A DNA stretch of 64,000 nucleotides, from assembly GCA_049322915.1 (NCBI GenBank), contig JBMOPW010000026.1, forward strand, positions 128,001 through 192,000, given 5' to 3'. How positions within the stretch are numbered: the stretch's first letter is position 1; the number at the start of each line of letters is the position of its first letter. Positions 39,789-50,080 of this stretch are shown one piece after another. This stretch comes from Candidatus Zhuqueibacterota bacterium (lineage in GTDB: Bacteria > Zhuqueibacterota > Zhuqueibacteria > Thermofontimicrobiales > Thermofontimicrobiaceae). The notes below the pieces were generated by a model. That model did not search any database. It was not told where the DNA came from and saw only the letters and a list, made by a program, of their open reading frames with translations. The translations under genes and the position numbers were made by a program.

Positions 39789-41864
39789 GTGACTATGACG
39801 AGGAATCTCACGAAACTGCATCGGTTATGTATCGTTTGTATGGCAGTATTACTGGTGACATGTCTCACCATAATACAGGGTTACGGGCTGGTTGTCAATG
39901 AAACTGTTTTTCCGGTGCCGGAAAATTTGAAGCCCAATATCCAGTTCTGGATTAAAGTTTTCACGCTCTACAATAGCGATCAAGTCATCATTCACGACAC
40001 CGAGAATCTCGAGCGTATCTATAAAGTGGTGGATACCAATGAGATTTTGAACAATCCATCGGCCTCATCGCGGACCAAGTGGCGCGAAGTTGATAGAGTA
40101 AAAAATCAATACAAAGAAATTTTGTTGAAATTGGCCGGCATGCCAAAAATCGAGCCGGATAAGCTTGATAATCAGGAACGAATGGTCTACACCATGTTTG
40201 GCGAAAATGCAAGTCCGGCTGAATTTCAACGCGCGGCAGGGAACATCCGGGGCCAGCAGGGATTGCGCGACCATTTCCGGAAAGGGCTCATTCGCTCCGG
40301 CATGTACGCTGACCATATCAAGAAAATTCTCGAAGAAAATAATCTGCCGGCGGATATCATTGCATTGCCGCACGTTGAATCGTCTTTCAACTATCAGGCG
40401 TATTCCAAATTCGGCGCGGCCGGCATCTGGCAGTTCACGCGGAGCACCGGAAGACGCTTCCTCAAAATCAATTACACCGTGGATGAACGGTTCGACCCAT
40501 TGAAAGCAACGGAAGCCGCAGCCAGGTTATTGAAAGAGAATTACGAAATTTTGGGAACATGGCCGCTCGCCATCACCGCATACAATCATGGTGTCAATGG
40601 AATGAAACGGGCGGTGAGTGTCCACAACACAACGGATTTCGGCTACATCGTGGATAATTATGAGAGCCGGAATTTCAAATTCGCTTCGAGAAATTTCTAC
40701 GCTGAATTTTTAGCGGCCGTCGAGGTTCGGAAGAATTATCGGATATACTTCGGCGAGCTTGAATTCGATTCGCCGAAACAGTATTTGACGTTCACCCTTC
40801 CCGGTTATGTGAAGTTAGCGACATTGGAACAGCGCCTGGGCGTTTCCCGGGAAGAAATCATGGATCTGAATCCATCGTTGCGCAGAAGCGTCGTCACGTC
40901 ACAACGGCGCCTGCCGGCAGGTTTTGAACTGCGCATACCGTACCGCGAAAATTTTGATCCCGATGCTGTTTACGCGCAGATCCCGACTCAGGAGAAATAT
41001 CAGGAACAGGTGGCGACTAACTGGTATCAGGTGGAGGGTGGTGATAATCTGCAGGACATTGCCCGGCGATTTAATATGACGGTCGCAGAAATTATGGATT
41101 TGAATGAAATCCAGAATCCTCACCAACTGTACGAGGGACAGGTGATTCGAATCAAAGCTGAAGAACCGGTCGTGGCGGAGAAGAAAGCTGTTGGGACTTC
41201 GGAGGAGACGGTTGTTCCGAGCAGCGAGGTGAAGGTTGCACTGGCGGAAGTGAAAGATGAAGAAATTATCACCAGTCCCGGTGAACTGACGCAACAGACA
41301 GGTCCATTCGCCGGCAATAAACTCGACATCGAAAAGCCGGATCAAATCGCCCCGGCAGTCCAGAGAGCGCTACAGCCTGCGCCCATAATTCCCGAGCCAG
41401 GTGAGGCAGCGCTGGAACGCAAACAGGTGAAACTGCTTGAGCCAGGGCTTGGCGTCATCTACGTCCAACCGGAAGAGACGCTCGGTCATTACGCAGATTG
41501 GTTGAAGATACCCACCCAGGAATTGCGCGATTTGAACAGTCTGGATTATGGCAGAGATATTCAGTTGGGACAGAAAATTAAACTGGCATTTCGCGAAGTA
41601 ACAGAGAAAGATTTTCAGCGGAAGCGGATGGAATTCCATCGGGGCATCGAAGAGGACTTCTTCACGTCATTTCGGGTGGAAGGCGTGGTTGTCCATAAAA
41701 TACGACGCGGCGAAAACATCTGGTATTTGTGCAATCAGGTTTATGAAATTCCATACTGGCTGGTGCTGAAATACAATCCAAATCTTGACCTGGTTCGTTT
41801 GACGACAAAAGACGAGCTCATTATACCGATTGTCGAAGCAATTACCACGAGCGAAGCGAGCTGA
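39789..41864 (+). CDS. Lytic transglycosylase with LysM domains (MltD-like)
   Basis: LPHVESSF, AAGIWQF, DERFDP..AT.AAA, AYNHG; several LysM repeats. Confidence 0.93.
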   Translation: MTMTRNLTKLHRLCIVCMAVLLVTCLTIIQGYGLVVNETVFPVPENLKPNIQFWIKVFTLYNSDQVIIHDTENLERIYKVVDTNEILNNPSASSRTKWREVDRVKNQYKEILLKLAGMPKIEPDKLDNQERMVYTMFGENASPAEFQRAAGNIRGQQGLRDHFRKGLIRSGMYADHIKKILEENNLPADIIALPHVESSFNYQAYSKFGAAGIWQFTRSTGRRFLKINYTVDERFDPLKATEAAARLLKENYEILGTWPLAITAYNHGVNGMKRAVSVHNTTDFGYIVDNYESRNFKFASRNFYAEFLAAVEVRKNYRIYFGELEFDSPKQYLTFTLPGYVKLATLEQRLGVSREEIMDLNPSLRRSVVTSQRRLPAGFELRIPYRENFDPDAVYAQIPTQEKYQEQVATNWYQVEGGDNLQDIARRFNMTVAEIMDLNEIQNPHQLYEGQVIRIKAEEPVVAEKKAVGTSEETVVPSSEVKVALAEVKDEEIITSPGELTQQTGPFAGNKLDIEKPDQIAPAVQRALQPAPIIPEPGEAALERKQVKLLEPGLGVIYVQPEETLGHYADWLKIPTQELRDLNSLDYGRDIQLGQKIKLAFREVTEKDFQRKRMEFHRGIEEDFFTSFRVEGVVVHKIRRGENIWYLCNQVYEIPYWLVLKYNPNLDLVRLTTKDELIIPIVEAITTSEAS

Positions 41865-41890
41865 ACGAACGCTTCATAAAAAAAATTCAG

Positions 41891-41934
41891 ACCGCTGATT
41901 GATGAGCGCATCCATCGATCAGCGGTTTTTTTTT
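41891..41934 (+). terminator. Intrinsic terminator
   Basis: ACCGCTGATTGATG...CATCGATCAGCGGTTTTTTTTT. Confidence 0.88.
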
Positions 41935-41976
41935 AGGAGTGTCAGGAATGTGCCCGTCAAGAACCTGAAAATTTTA

Positions 41977-42005
41977 TTGACATTAACTGTAGAATTCAAT
42001 ATTTT
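41977..42005 (+). promoter_or_regulatory. Putative sigma70 promoter for the paralog array
   Basis: TTGACA-17nt-TATTTT. Confidence 0.55.
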
Positions 42006-42123
42006 GATTTCGTATCTGTTCAGCGTTCATCGGTATTATTTCTGATTGTAAACTGGTCCGGGTCCTTGTGGCCATCTGAAACACGTGAAAACAAATGATG
42101 AATGTTAATTCTGGAGAATCGTT

Positions 42124-45100
42124 TTGAGAGCTACGTTCTGTTTGAGAGTTTTAATTCTTTGTGGGTACTGTTTATTCGTGCAATTAAGTCTGCCTCTCCT
42201 TGCTTTTAGTCAGGATTTTGAAAGGCAAGCGACACGATCCGAATTATTAACGAAACGGCAGTTTCAGGAGGAACGGGTCGGCGGCGTTATCGATGTATCT
42301 GATCTGAAGATCGGATTTTTGAATAATGGGCGGTTTTGTCCGCCGGAGGAGATCATCCCGGAATTGCCCTCTGCGTTTTATGAGAAATACGGCTACCTGA
42401 GTAAGCTGGATCTTTGGGTGGGCATCCCGGATGGTCCCTGGGCACCGCAGGTGTGGGATGAATCTTCGCAGCGGTATATTTCTGCAGGACCCACAGTGTC
42501 GGGAACATTGTACGAATATTGGGTGACTGACACGGATTGGTCCACGATCAGTGGAACGCGCGGTGTGTTTTATACCGGTGAACTCCAGTATAGTGATCTG
42601 TATCGGCCGTCCAGTCTGTTCGATTTCCCGCTGGCAGCAATGAGTGAAGACGAGCGAACCTGGCCGAGGAATTCGTTCACCGGGTATCGTGAATGGCCAG
42701 GTCGCCGGAAGATCGATGTCCTGACCGGAGAGACGATTCCCGGGTCATTTCTGGGTGATCAGGACATCTTCCTCGCGTTCGATGATAAAACCCTGGCCGA
42801 TCAGATGGCGCCGACCTCGGTCATTGTTAGCAATAACGGCAGGCGATTCCAGCCGCAGAAAGGTTATCCCATCGGCGCAGAGGTGCTGGCTCAGGTGTTC
42901 AGCTACCAGTCCGGCTATCTTGCCAATACAGTATTTTTTGATCTGAAAATAATCAACACAAGCCAGTGGAATTACCATGATGTTTATCTGGGACTTTATT
43001 ATGAATCGGACAATCCGTCCTACGACCTGAATCGACCCGATTTGCTCACCACCCGCGTGCGGGAAAAAATGAGTTATATTAAAAATGATACGACCGATGT
43101 TGGGTCGGCGATGTTCCCGTTCAACATGGCCTATAGCTATGCCTATCGCGATTATTATGAATACAATGCGGGCTACTTGGGCGTTCAGTTGTTGAAAACT
43201 CCGATGGCCAGCGCTGATCAGATCGATAACGACGGGGACGGTTGGGTCGATGAGCCGGAGGGCGAGCAACTGGGACTCACCGGCTGGCATTATTTCGAGC
43301 CGAATGTCATGATGTACGCCGGAGAAAGAGAGCGGCTTCAATACCAGATATTGGCCGGCGATACCACCGGGTTCAGTGATTTGGTGCAACAACGACGGGT
43401 GTTTTTTTCCAGATTGGATGGCTCCTTCGACCCTCATTACGATACTTCGAGTTTAATAAAAAGCGGCTATTACCAGTACGGGGAGATACCCCATGTGTAT
43501 GCGCTTCTGAGCACTGGCCCGACAGATTGGGCCAGCGGCGATACGCTCAGTTTTGTCTTTGCGGTCTTGGTTGGCGAGAATCAGGAGCGGCTGGAGACGA
43601 GCGCGCAAATTGCCCGGCAAATCGTGGACTTCAATTATACTTATTCCAGCGCGCCGCTTCCGCCACAGGTAACCGCCGTAGCGCAGGATGGCAAGGTCAC
43701 GCTGTACTGGGACCGTTCTGCGGAATCAGCCGAGGATTTCATCACCGGCTATGCTGATTTCGAAGGTTATAAAATTTACCGAACCACCGTTGATCCGGCA
43801 GAAAATATGTGGGGTCAGGCTATTTACGACCATGATAACAACATTGTCAATTACATGCCGGTGGCGTCGTGCGACCTGGAAAACGGCATTCACGGCTACG
43901 AAAAAGTCTACCCGTTTCAAAAGCTGGGAGAAGACACAGGCCTGTTTCATTCCTGGACCGACACGACAGTGACCAACGGCGTAACCTACTGGTACAGCGT
44001 GTGCGCGTACGATCACGGCATTGTGGATGATGAGGATTTCAACCCAAAAAGTTTCCCGCCGTCGCCGCTCAACGAATGCGTCAAAGGGGCAGATCCAAAG
44101 CTGAACTCGAACCTGGTGCAGGTTGTGCCCGGCGTACAGGCGGTTGATTATGAAACGCCCCGGATTCAGTTTGAGGCATTGGCAGCGACTTCCGGCAATG
44201 GCCCCATTGAGGTGACGATTGTTGATCCGTTCAAAATTACCGGCCACGATTACACCATGACCTTTGAGGACACAACCTATGGTTACGCGGTCTACAACCT
44301 GTACGATGAAACAGTCGGTGAAATGAAGCTGGAAAAAGTGCAGCAGACCGGCGGCGAAGAAGGCGTTATTTGCGACGGACTGCAAATCCACGTTGAGCGT
44401 TACGATGACATGGAAGTGCTGAACGATAGAACGTTCTGGTACAATTACGAGACCGGTGAGCCGTCCAAATGCACATGGTCGATTTTCGGCGGGAAGCTGA
44501 CGTGGGATCCGTTCCCCTATGAATACGACATCATTTTCACCGGCGAAATGGACACAAGCGTTTTCATGAAGCGAACGGCGCCGTTTAAAATCTGGAACAC
44601 GGTGCTGGACAAACCGGCGCTGTGGGATATTTACTGGAATTATTCCGGAACCGACACCACCGATTCGCTGGTCAGCACCTGGTCCAGCGGCGACATGATT
44701 TATATCTGGGACCAATTCGACCAGGAGAATGAATTCACATTACGGGTGACGATTTCCGAGCGCTCGGTGTACACGTACCAGGGATTGATGAACATTCCGC
44801 CCAAAACCGGGGACGCGGTTCACATTGCGCTGAAGCGAATGTTCCGAACCGGCGATCAGTTCCGAATTTCCACCAAAGCCATGGAGAAAGCCGAAGCGCG
44901 AAAGAACCGCCTGAACGACATCAAAGTCGTGCCCAATCCCTACGTGGTGGGCGCCGACTGGGAGCTTGGCCGAAACGACTCACGCATCCAGTTCATCCAT
45001 TTGCCTTCGGAATGCACAATTCACATTTACACCCTGGCCGGCGATAAAGTGCGAACCCTGCATCACAACAATCCCAACACGGATTACGAATTCTGGGATT

Positions 45101-45204
45101 TGCTCAATTTCAGTAATTTGAAAGCGAGTTACGGCTTGTACGTTTACGTGGTGGAAACGCCGGATGGCAAGGCAACGACAGGTAAGTTTGTGATTTTGAG
45201 GTGA
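42124..45204 (+). CDS. Large secreted protein, paralog 1 (FN3-like domain plus FlgD/T9SS-like CTD)
   Basis: Signal peptide; DNDGDG..DE Ca-binding-like loop; PP.VTA..GKVTLYWD..DFEGYKIYR; VVPNPY...GKFVILR. Confidence 0.88.
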   Translation: MRATFCLRVLILCGYCLFVQLSLPLLAFSQDFERQATRSELLTKRQFQEERVGGVIDVSDLKIGFLNNGRFCPPEEIIPELPSAFYEKYGYLSKLDLWVGIPDGPWAPQVWDESSQRYISAGPTVSGTLYEYWVTDTDWSTISGTRGVFYTGELQYSDLYRPSSLFDFPLAAMSEDERTWPRNSFTGYREWPGRRKIDVLTGETIPGSFLGDQDIFLAFDDKTLADQMAPTSVIVSNNGRRFQPQKGYPIGAEVLAQVFSYQSGYLANTVFFDLKIINTSQWNYHDVYLGLYYESDNPSYDLNRPDLLTTRVREKMSYIKNDTTDVGSAMFPFNMAYSYAYRDYYEYNAGYLGVQLLKTPMASADQIDNDGDGWVDEPEGEQLGLTGWHYFEPNVMMYAGERERLQYQILAGDTTGFSDLVQQRRVFFSRLDGSFDPHYDTSSLIKSGYYQYGEIPHVYALLSTGPTDWASGDTLSFVFAVLVGENQERLETSAQIARQIVDFNYTYSSAPLPPQVTAVAQDGKVTLYWDRSAESAEDFITGYADFEGYKIYRTTVDPAENMWGQAIYDHDNNIVNYMPVASCDLENGIHGYEKVYPFQKLGEDTGLFHSWTDTTVTNGVTYWYSVCAYDHGIVDDEDFNPKSFPPSPLNECVKGADPKLNSNLVQVVPGVQAVDYETPRIQFEALAATSGNGPIEVTIVDPFKITGHDYTMTFEDTTYGYAVYNLYDETVGEMKLEKVQQTGGEEGVICDGLQIHVERYDDMEVLNDRTFWYNYETGEPSKCTWSIFGGKLTWDPFPYEYDIIFTGEMDTSVFMKRTAPFKIWNTVLDKPALWDIYWNYSGTDTTDSLVSTWSSGDMIYIWDQFDQENEFTLRVTISERSVYTYQGLMNIPPKTGDAVHIALKRMFRTGDQFRISTKAMEKAEARKNRLNDIKVVPNPYVVGADWELGRNDSRIQFIHLPSECTIHIYTLAGDKVRTLHHNNPNTDYEFWDLLNFSNLKASYGLYVYVVETPDGKATTGKFVILR

Positions 45205-45309
45205 ACGACATAGAACGCGGATTTCGCTGATGATCCTCCAAAAAATCGGCGGACGTTCCGCGCGGATAAATAAATTAAATTTTAAAATAAAATCCTCCAA
45301 AATAAAAGC

Positions 45310-48300
45310 GTGGGTGTAGTGAAAATAGTCAAGTCAAAACATATAGTCACGACGATACTAATTTATGTCCTGTTTTTTGATGGCGCTGGGATTGTTCTGC
45401 CATCACAGAGAAAGGGCTTATCCAAAATGAGCCAACAGCAGGAACTCATCGGCGGCGTGATCGATGTTAGCAGTTTAAAAAATAGTTTCTTTAACAACGG
45501 TCGATTCTGCCCACCGAGTGAATTCGTACCTGACCTTCCCAGCGCTCACAGAGGCAAGTTTGGTTATTTAAATGTACTTGATTTGTGGATCGGAATTCCA
45601 GATGGCCCTTGGGCACCCAAAGAATGGGATGCTGATTCACAAAAATATGTATCTGCAGGCCCAACTGTCTCAGGTACTGTATTTGGGGAAACCTTGAGAT
45701 TTCAAAACCATAGCAAGACGATAATACCGGGACATACTATTGGCCACGAATTCACCGGACCCTATATTGATAATACCGATTGGTCAACGATTTTTGCATC
45801 GCAAGGACAGCTTTATACTGACGAGCTTTTATTTAGTGAGGTTTATGGCCAATCCAGTTTTTTTGATTTTCTTTTAGCTCCTCATAGTGAGTATGACCGA
45901 TCATGGCCCAGGAATCCATATAGCGGCTTACAAGAATGGCCTGGCAGATGGAAAAAAAATCCCATAACCGGTGAATCGATGTCAGGTAATTTCCTTGGTG
46001 ACCAGACGATTTTTTTCTCGTTCGACGACAAAACATACGCAGATCGGTATTATCCGGAATCACCATTAATTTGGGGATCACATAAGATTTATCCCGAGAA
46101 AGGATATTCAATTCAGGCGGAGGTATTAGGGCAGGCAATTGGATTTCAAACTCCATTATTATCAAATATCATTTTTTTTGATTTGCAAATTATTAATACA
46201 TCTACCTGGGATTACAAGGATGTATATATCGGTCTTTATAATGTGTCTGACATACCCTGGTATTATCCTGATGATGCCGTCCCCAGATACGCGCTATTGA
46301 GAAATGAATATATAAAAAATGAGTTCGATGCAAGTCGAACCGAGGTAATTCCATACAATTTAAGTTATAGTTACAATTCAGAAAAGGACCCAACAGTCGA
46401 TTCTACTTATTTTGGTGTTCAATTTTTGAAAACACCATTGGCGATAGACGATCAAAAAGACAATGACGATGATGGGATCATTGATGAAGTCGGTGAACAA
46501 CTTGGTTTGACAGGATGGCATTTTATTGAACCGTGGATCCTTGAACATTACGGAAAACGGGAAAAAATACAATATAAAATAATGGCTGGTGATACCTCTG
46601 GATTAGGTTCTTTAATTGGGAGCCGCATATTTTTTAACAATGCGGACGGAACACTTAACGTAAATTTCGACTCGCCAGAGAGAATTAGAGATTTTTTTTA
46701 TTATGAATATTATGGTCGAGGTAAGTTGTGGTATGTATTTAATATAATGAGCTGCGGCCCTATCGATTGGGCAAGCGGAGATACACTTAATTTCGTTTTT
46801 GGTATTCTTTTCGCTGAAAATCTGGATAAATTGAAAGGCATAGCTGATTTGGCAAGGAAAGTTGTCGAGAGCGAATATAATACTGCAATGGGGCCACCAC
46901 CGCCCAAGGTCACTGCGGTGCCGCAAAATGGGAAGGTAACGCTTTATTGGGATAACTCTGTTGAAGATGCAACTCATAACCTTACAGGTTACTGGAGCTT
47001 CGAGGGGTATAAAATCTACCGTACTACTATCAATCCGGAATTTAATCAATGGGGCGAACCAATCAATGATTCTGACGGCACGCTTATTAATTTCGTTCCC
47101 ATAGCTCGCTGCGACATGAACAACGGTATAAACGGTTACGAGCAGGTGTACCCCTATCAAAAATATGGCGATGATACTGGTCTGTTCCATTCATGGACCG
47201 ATACCACCGTGACCAATGGCGTGACCTACTGGTACAGCGTCTGCTCCTACGATCATGGCGTTGTGGACAATCCACGTTTAAACCCGGGAAATTATCCCGC
47301 TGCTCCCATGGGTGAATGTAGAAAAGGAACCGATCCTGATGTGGATGTCAATTTGGTGAAAGTGGTGCCTGGTGTTCACGCCTCGGATTATGAGCTTCCC
47401 ACCGCTGAAGTCGAACAATTGGAGGAAACATCGGGCAACGGACTAATTACGCCCTATATCATCGATCCCTATCAAGTCACAGGCCACGATTATCTTATCA
47501 TGTTCGAAGACACGACGTTCGGTTATGCAGCCTACGATCTCTACGATGAGACCGACGGGAAAATGCTGTTTAAGAAAATCACCAGCACCAATGGCGAAGA
47601 AGGGCTGATTTTCGATGGCATTCAACTCTCCATTCAGCGATACGACGACATGGAAGTGCTGAACGAGCGAACCTTTTGGTTCAATTACGAAACAGGCGAA
47701 AACTCGGAATGCACGTGGACCATTCACGGCGGAAAACTGACCTGGGACCCATATCCATTCGAATACGATATTCGTTTCACCGATAAAATGGACACCAGTG
47801 CCTTTCTCAAGAAGACTGCGCCGTTCGAAATCTGGAACACCATTTTGAATCAAAAAGCGCTGTGGGATATTTACTGGAACTCTACGGGGACGGACACCAC
47901 AGATTCGCTGAAAAACACCTGGTCCAGCGGGGACATGATTTATATCTGGGATGAATTCAACGAGGAGAACAAATTCACGCTGCGGATCACCATCACCGAG
48001 CGGTCGATTTACACCTACCAGGGCCTGGTGAACAATCCGCCCCGGCCTGGCGATGCTGCCCACATCGCGCTGAAGCGGCCGTTCATCACAGGCGATCAGT
48101 TTCGCATCCGAACCAGCGCCTTGAAGAAAAAGCAGAACGGGCAGGCTGATTTGAACGACATCAGAGTCGTGCCCAATCCCTACGTGGTTGGCGCCGACTG
48201 GGAGCTTGGCCGAAACGACTCCCGAATTCAGTTCATCCATTTACCCTCGGAATGCTCGATTCACATTTATACCTTGGCCGGCGACAAAGTGCGAACCCTG

Positions 48301-48444
48301 CATCACAACAATCCCAACACGGATTACGAATTCTGGGATCTGCTCAATTTCAGCAATTTGAAGGCGAGTTATGGTTTGTATGTCTATGTGGTGGAAACGC
48401 CGGATGGCAAGGCGATGACCGGGAAGTTTGTGATTTTGAGATGA
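45310..48444 (+). CDS. Large secreted protein, paralog 2
   Basis: Same collinear motifs as paralog 1; AT-rich 5' two-thirds. Confidence 0.88.
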   Translation: MGVVKIVKSKHIVTTILIYVLFFDGAGIVLPSQRKGLSKMSQQQELIGGVIDVSSLKNSFFNNGRFCPPSEFVPDLPSAHRGKFGYLNVLDLWIGIPDGPWAPKEWDADSQKYVSAGPTVSGTVFGETLRFQNHSKTIIPGHTIGHEFTGPYIDNTDWSTIFASQGQLYTDELLFSEVYGQSSFFDFLLAPHSEYDRSWPRNPYSGLQEWPGRWKKNPITGESMSGNFLGDQTIFFSFDDKTYADRYYPESPLIWGSHKIYPEKGYSIQAEVLGQAIGFQTPLLSNIIFFDLQIINTSTWDYKDVYIGLYNVSDIPWYYPDDAVPRYALLRNEYIKNEFDASRTEVIPYNLSYSYNSEKDPTVDSTYFGVQFLKTPLAIDDQKDNDDDGIIDEVGEQLGLTGWHFIEPWILEHYGKREKIQYKIMAGDTSGLGSLIGSRIFFNNADGTLNVNFDSPERIRDFFYYEYYGRGKLWYVFNIMSCGPIDWASGDTLNFVFGILFAENLDKLKGIADLARKVVESEYNTAMGPPPPKVTAVPQNGKVTLYWDNSVEDATHNLTGYWSFEGYKIYRTTINPEFNQWGEPINDSDGTLINFVPIARCDMNNGINGYEQVYPYQKYGDDTGLFHSWTDTTVTNGVTYWYSVCSYDHGVVDNPRLNPGNYPAAPMGECRKGTDPDVDVNLVKVVPGVHASDYELPTAEVEQLEETSGNGLITPYIIDPYQVTGHDYLIMFEDTTFGYAAYDLYDETDGKMLFKKITSTNGEEGLIFDGIQLSIQRYDDMEVLNERTFWFNYETGENSECTWTIHGGKLTWDPYPFEYDIRFTDKMDTSAFLKKTAPFEIWNTILNQKALWDIYWNSTGTDTTDSLKNTWSSGDMIYIWDEFNEENKFTLRITITERSIYTYQGLVNNPPRPGDAAHIALKRPFITGDQFRIRTSALKKKQNGQADLNDIRVVPNPYVVGADWELGRNDSRIQFIHLPSECSIHIYTLAGDKVRTLHHNNPNTDYEFWDLLNFSNLKASYGLYVYVVETPDGKAMTGKFVILR

Positions 48445-48700
48445 AATGGTTCAGATATCGGATTGCGCATGGCAGATTTCGGAGTCTCGGTTCGACTAAC
48501 TGCATGATTTATTCAAGGATCAAACAAAAGGAAAACGAAGCTATAACCAAAAATCAACATTGGTGAATTCAATCGTAATATGTTCAAAAAATTGCTTGAT
48601 AATCTGTCAACAATGTTTTATATTTTTAGCGCTGAGACACAGGTCAATAAAAACAAGTAATCTAATCTGCTTTTCATATTAACATTTTGGGAGCATTGCA

Positions 48701-48913
48701 ATGGAATCCAGCTTTGCAGACGTTGTGGAAGAAATTAAAAAGATGTCCCATCACGATAAAATGGAATTGAAATTTCTATTAGAAAAATACCTGATCGAAG
48801 AACAAAGAGCGGGAATCTATAAAAATTATCTCGATTCGAAAAAAGAAGTCCATGACCTGAACGTTCAGTACTCATCCGATATAAATGAACTTAAGGATAA
48901 GTTAGAGCAATGA
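48701..48913 (+). CDS. Small putative antitoxin
   Basis: 70 aa, helical; stop overlaps the ATG of a RelE/YafQ-like gene. Confidence 0.65.
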   Translation: MESSFADVVEEIKKMSHHDKMELKFLLEKYLIEEQRAGIYKNYLDSKKEVHDLNVQYSSDINELKDKLEQ

Positions 48914-49179
48914 TTGAGATTGCATTTAGTTCTTCCTTTAAAAGAGCTTATAAAAAGATGATTAAAGGGCAATCTTTGTTGGAACAAAAATTTTGAGAAC
49001 GGGTCGAACAGTTTCAGCGAAGCCCTTTCGAAAAAAACCTTAGAACACACAAGCTTTCGGGTAAACTAAAAGATTTGTGGAGTTTCAGCATTGAATATGA
49101 TGTGCGGGTTATTTTTTATTTTGCAGAAGAAGATAAAGCAATTTTTATTGATATTGGCACTCACGATGTTGTATATTGA
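48910..49179 (+). pseudogene. RelE/YafQ-family mRNA interferase with in-frame TGA
   Basis: MIEIAFSSSFKRAYKK...KF*ERV...LRTHKLSGKLKDLWSFSIEYDVRVIF...DIGTHDVVY; TGA at 48994-48996. Confidence 0.88.
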
Positions 49180-49306
49180 TTTCTGAATGAGCAAAACTCA
49201 AATCCATTTTGCAAATAATTTTTCTTGGCGATGAAGATGTGGCTGCGTGACAGAACAAGATATATTTTTATCATATTACAAACATCAGATCGAAGGAGGT
49301 TTTGTA

Positions 49307-49510
49307 ATGGAGTCAGTGACAATATCACCTGAATTTCAAATCGTCATTCCGCGACGGGTTGGGGATTCCCTGAAATTGAAACCGGGGCAAAAGATCAGAG
49401 TCATTCAATTTGGCAAAAGGATAGAGCTAATCCCGGAAGTCGAAATATCTGAAATGCGAGGCTTTTTGAAAGGGATCGATACAAAAATCAGCCGGGAGGA
49501 GGAGCGATAA
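49307..49510 (+). CDS. AbrB/MazE/SpoVT family antitoxin (orphan)
   Basis: VTISPEFQIVIP...LKLKPGQK...RIELIP...MRGFLKG; AAGGAGG RBS. Confidence 0.88.
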   Translation: MESVTISPEFQIVIPRRVGDSLKLKPGQKIRVIQFGKRIELIPEVEISEMRGFLKGIDTKISREEER

Positions 49511-49722
49511 TGAACAAGACAAAAAATATTCTGGATCAGGCAATGCGGCTTTCACCTGCTGATAAATTTTTAGTGATCGAAGCATTGCTGAACAGTATCG
49601 ATGAACCAAATAAAACCATTGATGAAATTTGGGCGGTCGAGGCAGAAAGCAGATTACAAGCCTACAAGCAGGGAAAATTAAGAACATTATCTTTTGAGGA
49701 AGTATTTGGCAAGGAAGATTAA
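49510..49722 (+). CDS. Putative addiction module antitoxin component
   Basis: ILDQAMRLSPADK...LLNSID...IDEIWAVEAESRL. Confidence 0.85.
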   Translation: MNKTKNILDQAMRLSPADKFLVIEALLNSIDEPNKTIDEIWAVEAESRLQAYKQGKLRTLSFEEVFGKED

Positions 49723-50018
49723 TGAATATTAAAATTTCTGAATTTGCCCAGAAGGAGCTCGAAGACGCTATATTCTTTTACGAATTACAACAGTCAGGCT
49801 TGGGAAATAAATTTAAAATCGAAGTTCGATCATCAATTCAAAGAATAGTGAAACATCCAAACGCCTGGCCAATTGAAAGTGGTGAAGTACGAAAGTGTTA
49901 CCTTTATAAATTTCCCTATAAAATACTGTATTCGATTCAGGAAAATAACGTAATTGTTTTAGCAATTGCTCACCAACACAGAAAACCTGGCTATTGGATC
50001 GAACCAGAGAATTATTAA
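49722..50018 (+). CDS. RelE/ParE family toxin
   Basis: AQKELEDAIFFYE...GLG..F, KFPYKILY, LAIAHQHRKPGYW. Confidence 0.9.
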   Translation: MNIKISEFAQKELEDAIFFYELQQSGLGNKFKIEVRSSIQRIVKHPNAWPIESGEVRKCYLYKFPYKILYSIQENNVIVLAIAHQHRKPGYWIEPENY

Positions 50019-50080
50019 ATTTAGTAGGTGCACGAACGTGTAGTTTCTATTGAAATTTCAAAATTATTACCAGTTTAAAT

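Noticed and set aside
48994..48996. Stop-codon recoding (TGA=Trp/Sec) explaining internal stops
   Set aside because: TGA terminates many intact genes here, and the lesions elsewhere are TAA, TAG and frameshifts
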